Shown here: piece by piece, positions 45,665-53,289 of the stretch
Layout: the number at the start of each line of letters is the position of its first letter
Position numbering within the stretch: the stretch's first letter is position 1
NCBI GenBank assembly: GCA_038321545.1
Contig: JBBQFB010000001.1
Span: 5,239-69,238, forward strand
Length of the DNA: 64,000 nucleotides
Reading direction: 5' to 3'
DNA from: Gaiellales bacterium
GTDB taxonomy: Bacteria > Actinomycetota > Thermoleophilia > Gaiellales > F1-60-MAGs149
Notes under the pieces: model-generated
What the model saw: only the letters and a program-made list of their open reading frames with translations
Told to the model about the DNA's origin: nothing
Database searches by the model: none
Program-made: the position numbers and the translations under genes

Positions 45665-46917
45665 TGTCCGGACCGCGGTACTGCATCATCGGTGCCGGCG
45701 CGACCGGGCTGGCCTCGATCGAGGCGCTGCGCGACGCGGGCATCGAGTTCGACTGTTTCGAGGCCGACGACCGCGTCGGCGGTCAGTGGCACACGGGGTA
45801 CGAGGCGCTGCACCTGATCACGCCGCGCGACAGTTCCGGCTTCACGGGCTACCCGATGCCGTCGAGCTATCCGCTCTACCCGAGCCGCGACCAGATGCGC
45901 GACTACCTGCTCGACTTCGCCGCCGTCCGCAAGCTCGTCAGCCACGTGACGTTCGATACCCGCGTCGACCGGATCGAGCCCGACGGCCGCGACTGGCTGG
46001 TCGAGACGAGCGACGGCGAGACCCGGCGCTACGCCGGTGTGATCGTCGCGAACGGCCACCTGCGGGTGCCGCTGCAACCGGAGCTCCCCGGATACACCGG
46101 CCTCCAGCTGCACGCCGCCGGCTACAAGAGCACGGCCGATATCGAGGGTCCGCGGGTGCTCGTCGTCGGGTCGGGCAACTCCGGCTGCGACATCGCCGTG
46201 GACTGCGCGCAGCGGCCCGGCCACGACACGACGATCTCGATCCGCAAGGGCCACCTGTTCCAGCCGAAGACGTTCGCCGGCAAGCCGCGCGGCGAGTTGT
46301 GGATCATGCGCCTCCCGCCGCGGCTGCAGGACTACGCGCTTCGCACGATGATCCGGATCGCGGTCGGCAGGCCCGAGGAGTACGGCCTGCCGTCGCCCGA
46401 GACCTGGCGCCTCACCGACCAGAAGCCGATCGTCAACTCGCAGCTGCTGCACTGGATCCATCACGGCCGCGTTGCGATCGCGCCCGGCATCAAGGGCGCG
46501 GACGGGCTGGACGTCGAGTTCGCCGACGGTGCGACGAAGGCGTTCGACACGATCGTGTGGTGCACGGGCTACAGGGTGGAGCTCCCGTTTCTCGACCGCG
46601 GGTTGCTGCAGTGGCAGGACGGCGTGCCGCTGCGAACGGCTGGCTGCGTGCTGCCGAAGCGCGGGCCGGGGCGGCTGTACTTCGTCGGCCTGGTGGCGCC
46701 GCGCGGGCCGCAGCTGTCGGTCTACTCGCGTCAGGCCGCGCTGGTGGCACGCATGCTGCGCCTGCAGGAGCGGGTCGTGACGCCGCTCGCCGAGACGTTC
46801 ACGAGCCACGGCGCACCGGAGGCGCGGATCGACATCGTGCGATCCGTCTGGCAGCGCCAGATCGATCTCGCCGAGGACGTCGTAGGGCGGATGGAGGGCG
46901 GCGAGCGTGCGACCTGA
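45664..46917 (+). CDS. flavin-containing (class B) monooxygenase-like FAD/NADPH oxidoreductase
   Basis: ATG 45664 (1-nt overlap with SDR stop); IIGAGATGL and VVGSGNSGCDIA dinucleotide motifs. Confidence 0.8.
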   Translation: MSGPRYCIIGAGATGLASIEALRDAGIEFDCFEADDRVGGQWHTGYEALHLITPRDSSGFTGYPMPSSYPLYPSRDQMRDYLLDFAAVRKLVSHVTFDTRVDRIEPDGRDWLVETSDGETRRYAGVIVANGHLRVPLQPELPGYTGLQLHAAGYKSTADIEGPRVLVVGSGNSGCDIAVDCAQRPGHDTTISIRKGHLFQPKTFAGKPRGELWIMRLPPRLQDYALRTMIRIAVGRPEEYGLPSPETWRLTDQKPIVNSQLLHWIHHGRVAIAPGIKGADGLDVEFADGATKAFDTIVWCTGYRVELPFLDRGLLQWQDGVPLRTAGCVLPKRGPGRLYFVGLVAPRGPQLSVYSRQAALVARMLRLQERVVTPLAETFTSHGAPEARIDIVRSVWQRQIDLAEDVVGRMEGGERAT

Positions 46918-47287
46918 CCGGTTCCGCAAGCTGGTCGCGCGGCGCTGCGCGAGCGCGCGGCACGACGCAGGCGTGACGGTCGCCGCGGCGGCCGAGTCAT
47001 TGCGGATCCACGTCAACGACGTGCACCGGGTCGAGTCGGGCCACCAGCCGCCGTCGGTCGCCTATGTAGCCGGGCTGGCCGAGCTGACCGTCGTGACGTG
47101 CGACTCCCCCCTCGGCCGGAGCGCCACGCCCCGGCCGTGGGACGCCGTACCGGAGGGCGCGGTGCCGGCATCGCTGCTGCGCGACGCCATCCTGCTGACG
47201 CATCCGGACCGCCACCCACCGGTGCGCCAGGACCAGGCGACGCGGGTCACACAGGAGCTGAACGGGCTGCTCGACCGCCGCGGGTGA
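46907..47287 (+). CDS. small XRE-like HTH protein with C-terminal J-domain-like HPD segment
   Basis: 126 aa; ..GVTVAAAAESLRIHVNDVHRVESG.. then ..LLRDAILLTHPDRHP.. Confidence 0.5.
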   Translation: MRPDRFRKLVARRCASARHDAGVTVAAAAESLRIHVNDVHRVESGHQPPSVAYVAGLAELTVVTCDSPLGRSATPRPWDAVPEGAVPASLLRDAILLTHPDRHPPVRQDQATRVTQELNGLLDRRG

Positions 47288-47303
47288 CCTTACGCTACCC
47301 GCC

Positions 47304-48413
47304 GTGAACGACCGCTTCGGATCCCGCCTCACCGAGCTGTGCGGCATCGATTCCTTCACCGGCGACATCCCCGGTGTCGACCGCGCCGCCCACCTGCTCG
47401 CGCGGTGGGCCAGCGAGGCGGGGCTCGAGGTCGAGCTCGTGCCGTCGCCCGACGGCCTGCACCTGATCGCGTCCACGCAGGGCGCCGGTCGTGGCCGCGT
47501 CCTGTTCATCGGGCACCACGACACCGTGTTCCCGGCGCCGACTGCGGTCGAGCGTCCGGTCACGGTCGCGGGCGGCCGCCTGTTCGGCCCGGGCGTGGCC
47601 GATATGAAGGGCGGCGTGCTCGTCTCGCTGGACGCGCTCGCACGGCTGGCGGCCGACCCCGCGGGCTCGCACGGGCGGGTCGAGCTGCACTGCGTGCCGG
47701 ACGAGGAGGGCCGCAACGTCGAACCGCACACGCTCGATCGGATGCGCGGCGCCGACGCCGCGCTGTGCTTCGAGTGCGGCAGAGCGTCGGGCGCGATCGT
47801 GACGGTGCGCAAGGCGGGCACCTGGCTCGACATCTACGCGAAGGGGCGCGCGGCGCACGCCGGCACCGAGCCGCACGAGGGCCGTTCGGCGCTGATGGCG
47901 CTAGTGTACGAATCGATCCGGATCTGCAAGGAGATCGACGGCGCCCGGCCGGGGCTGACGGCGAACATCACCTGGTTCCACTCCGGCGACGTCAAGAACA
48001 CGATCCCCGACCGGGCCGAGGCGACGGTCGATGTCCGTGCGCTCACGAGTGCCGATCTGGACTGGGCGTTCGACCGGATCGGCGAGTTCGGCGTGCACGA
48101 CGGTGTCGACGTGCGGCGCTCCGACGACCGTGGCTTCCCGGCCATGGAGCGTGCGAACTGGCTCGCCGACCGCACGCTCGAGATCCTCGCCGAGCTCGGC
48201 CAGCCGGCGTTGGAGGAGATGGCGGGCGGCGTCTCGGACGGCTCGTGGATGAGTAGGATCGGCATCCCGACGGTCGACGGCATGGGCCCGGTGGGCGCCC
48301 TCGACCACACCGAGGACGAGTACATCGAGATCGCGTCGATCGATCCGCGCATCGAGGCCACGGTGCGTCTGGTGCGGGAGCTCGGGCGGATGGGGTCATC
48401 ACCTGGCACTTGA
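47304..48413 (+). CDS. M20 family metallopeptidase (carboxypeptidase G2 / ArgE-DapE-like)
   Basis: 369 aa; GHHDTVF, GVADMKGG, PDEEG; last 8 codons lie in the repeat anchor. Confidence 0.85.
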   Translation: MNDRFGSRLTELCGIDSFTGDIPGVDRAAHLLARWASEAGLEVELVPSPDGLHLIASTQGAGRGRVLFIGHHDTVFPAPTAVERPVTVAGGRLFGPGVADMKGGVLVSLDALARLAADPAGSHGRVELHCVPDEEGRNVEPHTLDRMRGADAALCFECGRASGAIVTVRKAGTWLDIYAKGRAAHAGTEPHEGRSALMALVYESIRICKEIDGARPGLTANITWFHSGDVKNTIPDRAEATVDVRALTSADLDWAFDRIGEFGVHDGVDVRRSDDRGFPAMERANWLADRTLEILAELGQPALEEMAGGVSDGSWMSRIGIPTVDGMGPVGALDHTEDEYIEIASIDPRIEATVRLVRELGRMGSSPGT

Positions 48414-49205
48414 GCGATCCGACCCGGCTGCTCGTCCGGCCGACCGCAGACAAGCCGGCCCGGCGCACCGCTCCGGGCTGCGGCGTAGACCCCACTCATC
48501 GCAAGCCGGCGAACGCCTCACCAGCGCTACTCCCAGCACCCAATACCCCACCCAAAATCCGCGGCACCCAACGCAGACCCGCCCAGCGCAGCCCGAAGCA
48601 GCTCAGCCCGAAGGCTGCGATCCGCCTCGTCCCGGATCCGGATGGGGTCATCACCTGGCACTTGAGACGTCCCCCTGTCGCCTCCGCGCTTGCGGCTGGT
48701 GCCGGCCACCGACGAAAGCTGCACGCCACCGCCGCTGCACCCGCGGATGCCTGGCGTCTGCGATCCGACACGGCCGCTCGTCCGACCCACGACAGACAAT
48801 CCCGGCCCGGCGCAGGCTCCGGGCTGCGGCGCGGACCCCACTCATCGCAAGCCGGCGAACGCCTCACCAGCGCTACTCCCAGTACCGAATACCCCACCCG
48901 AAATCCGCGGCACCAAACGCAGACCCGCCCAGCGCAGCCCGAAGCTGCTCGGCCTCAAAGGCTGCAATCCGCCCGCCGCAGACTCGCCCAGCGCAGCCCG
49001 AAGCAGCTCAGCCCGAAGTCTGCGCTCGGCCTCGTCCCGGATGCGGATGAGGTCATCACCTGGCATTTGAGACGTCCCCCTGTCGCCTCCGCGCATGCGG
49101 CTCTTCACGGCCACCGACGAAAGCCGCACGCCACCACGGCCACCCGCGTACGCCTTGCGTCTGCGATCCGCGACGGCTGCTCGTTCGGCCTGAGGCGGAC
49201 CCAGC
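48392..49205. repeat. mosaic degenerate tandem repeat (three units anchored by GGGGTCATCACCTGGCACTTGAG), apparently non-coding
   Basis: Anchor at 48392, 48644 (identical) and 49049 (2 mismatches); exact 49-mer at 48488-48536 and 48834-48882; shared or missing sub-modules between units. Confidence 0.85.
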
Positions 49206-49253
49206 CTCGGAGCCGTCCAACACCGGGACGTGAGCCTCACAGGCTGCGATCTG

Positions 49254-49967
49254 TCAGCCGCCGATCACTCCCGGCACCGGCTTGTCGCCGAACCACTTCC
49301 GCCACGCGTCGCCCAGCGCGCCGCTCGCGATCGCCCGGCCGATGCCGTCGTCCAGCAGCGCCACCGTGCCGGCGTCGCCCAGACGGCACGCGGCACCCCA
49401 GGCGTTCTGCGTCTCCGCGACGTGCGCGATGCGGAACCGGCCGCTCGCGAGCTGCGCGCCGAACGCCGGCTCGTCATCGACCATCGCGTCGACCGCTCCC
49501 GACTCGACGGCTGCGACCATCTCGGCGAACACGTCGTCCGAGGATCCGTCGAAGCCCACCAGCTCGGCCGCGCCGAACGACTCGGCGAGCCGCATGTTGG
49601 TCGACGCGACGATCGCGCCCACACGCCGTCCGGCGAGATCTGCCAGCGAGCCGATATCGGAGTCGGCACGCACCAGCACGGCCTCGTCGATCGCGCCGTA
49701 CGGCCGCGAGTAGGAGAACACCTTGCGGCGCTCGTCGGTGATCGCCGAACCACACCAGATCGCATCGACCTCGCCGTCGGCGAGCGCACCCGCGAACCGG
49801 TCCCAGCGCCGGAACTCCCACACCAGCAGGAGCCCGATGGCGTCGGCCACACACGCGGCGGCGTCCGGCTCGAAGCCGTCGCGCGAGCCGTCCGGCGCCG
49901 TCCAGAACAGCGGTCGCGCGTCCATGTCGGCGCAGCACAGCGTGAGGCGGCCCGGTACGACGGTCAC
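49254..49967 (-). CDS. family-3 solute-binding-protein-fold protein without signal peptide
   Basis: Trimmed to GTG 49967 (GTGA overlap with GS-like stop); SBP_bac_3-like blocks (..DAIWCGSAITDERRKVFSYSRPY.., ..VDAMVDDEP..); no N-terminal hydrophobic segment. Confidence 0.75.
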   Translation of the reverse strand: MTVVPGRLTLCCADMDARPLFWTAPDGSRDGFEPDAAACVADAIGLLLVWEFRRWDRFAGALADGEVDAIWCGSAITDERRKVFSYSRPYGAIDEAVLVRADSDIGSLADLAGRRVGAIVASTNMRLAESFGAAELVGFDGSSDDVFAEMVAAVESGAVDAMVDDEPAFGAQLASGRFRIAHVAETQNAWGAACRLGDAGTVALLDDGIGRAIASGALGDAWRKWFGDKPVPGVIGG

Positions 49968-51334
49968 GGCAGCGCCCGCAGGTACATCTCGCGGTGCCAC
50001 TCGGTGACCGTCGAGCAGAACCGCTCCCACTCGTCGGTCTTGTACTCCACGAACGCGTCGAACAGCCCGGCCGGCAGCGCGCCGCGCACGACGTCATCGG
50101 CCTGCAGCAGGGCGAGCGCGTCGCCGAGTGTCCGCGGCAGCTTCGCGTCGCCCGCAACGGCCGGGTCGGACGAGTCGCCGGCCTGGGGCGGCCCCGGATC
50201 GAGGCCGGCCTCGAGGCCGTGCGCAATCGCCACCAGCACCGCGGCATGCGACAGGTACGGGTTCACGCTGGCGTCCGGCAGCTTGTACTCCAGGCGTCCC
50301 GACGCCGACACGCGGATCGCGCAGGTACGGTTGTCGAAGCCCCAGTTGACGGCACCGGGAGCGAACTGCCCGGCGTCCCAGTAGCGGGCGTAGGAGTTCA
50401 CCGTCGGTGCACAGAGCGCGAGCATGCCGGGTGCATGCGCGAGGATGCCGGCGATCGCGTGACGCGCCGTGTCGGTGACGTGCAGCGTCGGGTCGGCCGG
50501 ATCGGCGAAGACGTTGTGGCCGTCGCGCCACAGTGACAGGTTGTGGTGACACCCGTTCGCCATCGCGCCCACCGCCGGCTTCGGCATGAAGCTCGCGATC
50601 ACGCCGAACTCCCGCGCCACCTGCGCACACACCTGCCGGTACGTGACGAGGTTGTCGCAGGTGCGGTCGCAGCGGTCGTACTGGAAGTTCAGCTCCAGCT
50701 GGCCCGCGTCCTCGTAGTCGCCCTCGATCATGTCGAGCCCGAGGGCCTGCGCGTAGCCGACGACCTTGCGGACGATCGGCCGCATCATCTCGAGCGCGCC
50801 GAAGTGGTACGCGGGCGACACGTTCGGCTGCGACCACGGCTCGATCTCCGGGCCGAGCCAGCTCATCTCGGGCTCCGTGCCCGACCGCAGCTCGTAGCCG
50901 GTCCGCTGCTCGAAGTCGGCGTGCACGCGGGTGAGGTTCGACCGCACGCACGTCGGCAGCGGCGTGCCGGGATCGACCGCCCGGTCACGGCGGTGGTAGA
51001 GGTTGCAGTACATCCGCCCGAACCCCGTGTCCCATGGGAGCACCTGGAACGTGCTCGCGTCGGGCAGCGCCACGAACTCCTCCGCCTCGCCGCCCGAGGC
51101 GATCAGCGTGCCGGCGCGGCTGGTGGCCAGATCCGCGACGGCCGAGCCGTGGAACTGGACGCCGCGCTCCAGGTTGCGCGCCAGGTGCCGCGCAGGGACG
51201 ACCTTCGCCATCACCCGGCCGTTGAGCGTCACGAACTGGTAGTAGACGAACTCGACGCCGGCGTCGCGGATGTGAGCGGCCAGGTCGGGCTCGAGCGTGG
51301 CGTTGGCGGCGGCCTGCTCGTCGAGCGCGGTCAC
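49964..51334 (-). CDS. glutamine synthetase family protein (GS-like gamma-glutamyl ligase, substrate unknown)
   Basis: 456 aa; ..FMPKPAVGAMANGCHHNLSL.., GS beta-grasp N-terminus. Confidence 0.88.
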   Translation of the reverse strand: MTALDEQAAANATLEPDLAAHIRDAGVEFVYYQFVTLNGRVMAKVVPARHLARNLERGVQFHGSAVADLATSRAGTLIASGGEAEEFVALPDASTFQVLPWDTGFGRMYCNLYHRRDRAVDPGTPLPTCVRSNLTRVHADFEQRTGYELRSGTEPEMSWLGPEIEPWSQPNVSPAYHFGALEMMRPIVRKVVGYAQALGLDMIEGDYEDAGQLELNFQYDRCDRTCDNLVTYRQVCAQVAREFGVIASFMPKPAVGAMANGCHHNLSLWRDGHNVFADPADPTLHVTDTARHAIAGILAHAPGMLALCAPTVNSYARYWDAGQFAPGAVNWGFDNRTCAIRVSASGRLEYKLPDASVNPYLSHAAVLVAIAHGLEAGLDPGPPQAGDSSDPAVAGDAKLPRTLGDALALLQADDVVRGALPAGLFDAFVEYKTDEWERFCSTVTEWHREMYLRALP

Positions 51335-52197
51335 GCCACGACCACGAGCGGTGCGAAGTCGCGATCGATGGACGGTGTCCGGTAGCCGTCCTCGCGGTAC
51401 AGGATCGGGAAGAACGCCTCGTCCATCTCGAGCTCGCCGGGCCGCATGTACTTGCTGTAGATCTCGTGACGGTTCGTCTCGTGCCAGCGCGTGTCGGTGG
51501 TCACCATGTGCGAGATGATCGAGCGCCGCTCACGGTCGAGCCGCTCGTTCGGCGGCGAGCCGTGCCAGCACCATCCGTCGTGGAACGCGCACCCGCCGGC
51601 CGGCACCTCGATCGGCACCCACTCCACGGCGTCGGCGTACTCCGCGTCGACGACGCCGCGCAGGTACCCCGTCCAGTCGTCGGGCGCGTGGAACTGGCCG
51701 CCCGGCGCCGATCGCGGCCAGTGGTTCGAGCCGCGGGCGTAGTAGATCGTGCCGGTGTCGGCGTGCGTGTCGTCCAGCGCGATCCAGCACGTCGTCATGT
51801 TCTGCGGCACGACGAACGTCTCGTAGGCGGCGTCCTGGTGCGCGAGCAGCGCCTTCGATCCGGGCGGCTTCCAGATCATGTTGTCCTGCAGCAGCCGCAT
51901 CCCGGGAGCCTGTGCGAGCTGCGCGCCCCAACGGCCGTTGCGCTCCGAGAGCGTCGTCGCGGCGAGCACCTGGTCGGCCTTCCACACGTTGCACAGCTGC
52001 CGCGCGACGTTGGCCGGCGTTACGCCCGGCGTGTAGTTGACCTCGTCAGGGCGCAGGCCGGTCGGCCACTGGTGGTCGAAGCAGGCGTGGAACCGCTCGC
52101 GCACGCGCTCGAGCTCGTCCCGTCCCATGTAGTGCTCCACGACGAGAAATCCGTCGCGCTGGTACTGCTCGATCTGGTCCTGCGTGGGCCCGTTCAC
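51331..52197 (-). CDS. phytanoyl-CoA dioxygenase (PhyH) family Fe(II)/2-oxoglutarate dioxygenase
   Basis: GTG 52197 with AAGGAG 7 nt upstream; HQDAAY (HxD) and distal WHGSPPN. Confidence 0.8.
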   Translation of the reverse strand: MNGPTQDQIEQYQRDGFLVVEHYMGRDELERVRERFHACFDHQWPTGLRPDEVNYTPGVTPANVARQLCNVWKADQVLAATTLSERNGRWGAQLAQAPGMRLLQDNMIWKPPGSKALLAHQDAAYETFVVPQNMTTCWIALDDTHADTGTIYYARGSNHWPRSAPGGQFHAPDDWTGYLRGVVDAEYADAVEWVPIEVPAGGCAFHDGWCWHGSPPNERLDRERRSIISHMVTTDTRWHETNRHEIYSKYMRPGELEMDEAFFPILYREDGYRTPSIDRDFAPLVVVA

Positions 52198-52263
52198 CTC
52201 TACGCTCCTTGCGATCGCCGCTCGGCGACAGTTATACATCTAGTCAATAGAAGTTTCAAGCGG
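52198..52263. promoter_or_regulatory. AT-richer divergent control region between phyH operon and GntR gene, with GT-N3-AC candidate operator (GTTATAC, 52231-52237)
   Basis: acagttatacatctagtcaatagaagtttcaag is the most AT-rich stretch I noticed in the window; contains TTGACT (minus strand). Confidence 0.3.
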
Positions 52264-52986
52264 ATGGATGTCACCGCCCGACAGACCGTGTTCGCACCGC
52301 TCCAGGTGGAGGGTGCGGTGGAGGCGATCGTACGCCGGATCGGCGAGGCGATCGGCTCCGGCGTGCTCGAGCCGGGCGAGCGGCTGCCGAGCGAGGGCGA
52401 GCTCGCCGCGCGTCTGGCCGTGGCGCCGATGACCCTCCGGCAGGGGCTCGCGATCCTCCGGGACGCCGGTTTCGTCGAGACGCGTCGGGGCCGAGGGGGC
52501 GGCTCGTTCGTCGCTGCCGACGCGCGGCACGCCCTGCAGCCATCCGCGACCGTCCCCGGCGAGGCCGAGCTGCGCGAGCTGACGGACTGGCGCCGAGCCA
52601 TCTCCGGCGAGGCCGCGGCGCTCGCCGCGCGACGGGCATCGGCCGCCGAGCGGAGCGGCCTGCACGGCGCGGCCGAGGCCGTCGATGCTGCGGCCGGGTC
52701 GTTCGCCGGGTTCCGGCGGGCCGACGCGCGGTTCCACATCGCGATCGCCGAGGTGAGCGGCAACGCGCGCCTGGTGCGCGCCGAGACGGCGATCCAGGCC
52801 GAGGTCGGCGAGTTCCTCCGGCTCGTTCCGGGGCCGGAACTGGCGCGCCGCGCCTCGGGGGCCGGACACGGGCCCGTGCTCGACGCCGTCGACGCGGGCG
52901 ACGCGGAACGGGCGCGCGCCACCATGGAGCGGCACGTCGAGGCGACCTATGACTGGATCGCCGGCCTGCGCCTCGGACTCAGGTAG
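52264..52986 (+). CDS. GntR/FadR-family transcriptional regulator (HTH + FCD domain)
   Basis: ATG 52264; LPSEGELAARLAVAPMTLRQGLAILRDAGFVETRRGRGGGSFV. Confidence 0.88.
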   Translation: MDVTARQTVFAPLQVEGAVEAIVRRIGEAIGSGVLEPGERLPSEGELAARLAVAPMTLRQGLAILRDAGFVETRRGRGGGSFVAADARHALQPSATVPGEAELRELTDWRRAISGEAAALAARRASAAERSGLHGAAEAVDAAAGSFAGFRRADARFHIAIAEVSGNARLVRAETAIQAEVGEFLRLVPGPELARRASGAGHGPVLDAVDAGDAERARATMERHVEATYDWIAGLRLGLR

Positions 52987-52989
52987 CGG

Positions 52990-53220
52990 TCAGGCGGCCT
53001 CGCCCTCGACCAGGAGCCGGAGCCCGCGGGGGTGGGCGACGTAGCTGGCGCCGTCGAGGCGCTCGAGGACGGCGATCACGTCATAGGCGCGGTCGACGAG
53101 GTCGGTCCTGAGACCCTCGTCCTCCGTGCCGGCAAGGACCGCGATGAGGCGGCCGAGTTCATTGTGGAGGCGCGTCCGGGGGGTGATCAGGTCGGGAGCG
53201 CAGTCGTCGCAGGGGGCCAT
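52990..53220 (-). CDS. small hypothetical protein
   Basis: 76 aa; third codon positions almost all G/C; no recognisable motif. Confidence 0.5.
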   Translation of the reverse strand: MAPCDDCAPDLITPRTRLHNELGRLIAVLAGTEDEGLRTDLVDRAYDVIAVLERLDGASYVAHPRGLRLLVEGEAA

Positions 53221-53289
53221 CGCAAGCGGAGTGTCGGCACGAATCGCCCCGACCCTTAGGTTGTCGGTGCGTACCCGTCGAAGTGCAAA

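Noticed and set aside
48392-49205. Possible CRISPR array
   Set aside because: The units are 250-400 bp and mosaic. There is no regular 25-40-bp repeat/spacer alternation, and no cas genes are in the window.
48410-49741. 443-aa plus-strand ORF, and several 60-130-aa ORFs on both strands, across the repeat region
   Set aside because: The translations are Arg/Pro/Ser/Thr-rich and repeat only because the DNA repeats. Copy-to-copy substitutions are mostly non-synonymous in the frames I checked. The ORF then runs antisense into the SBP-like gene.
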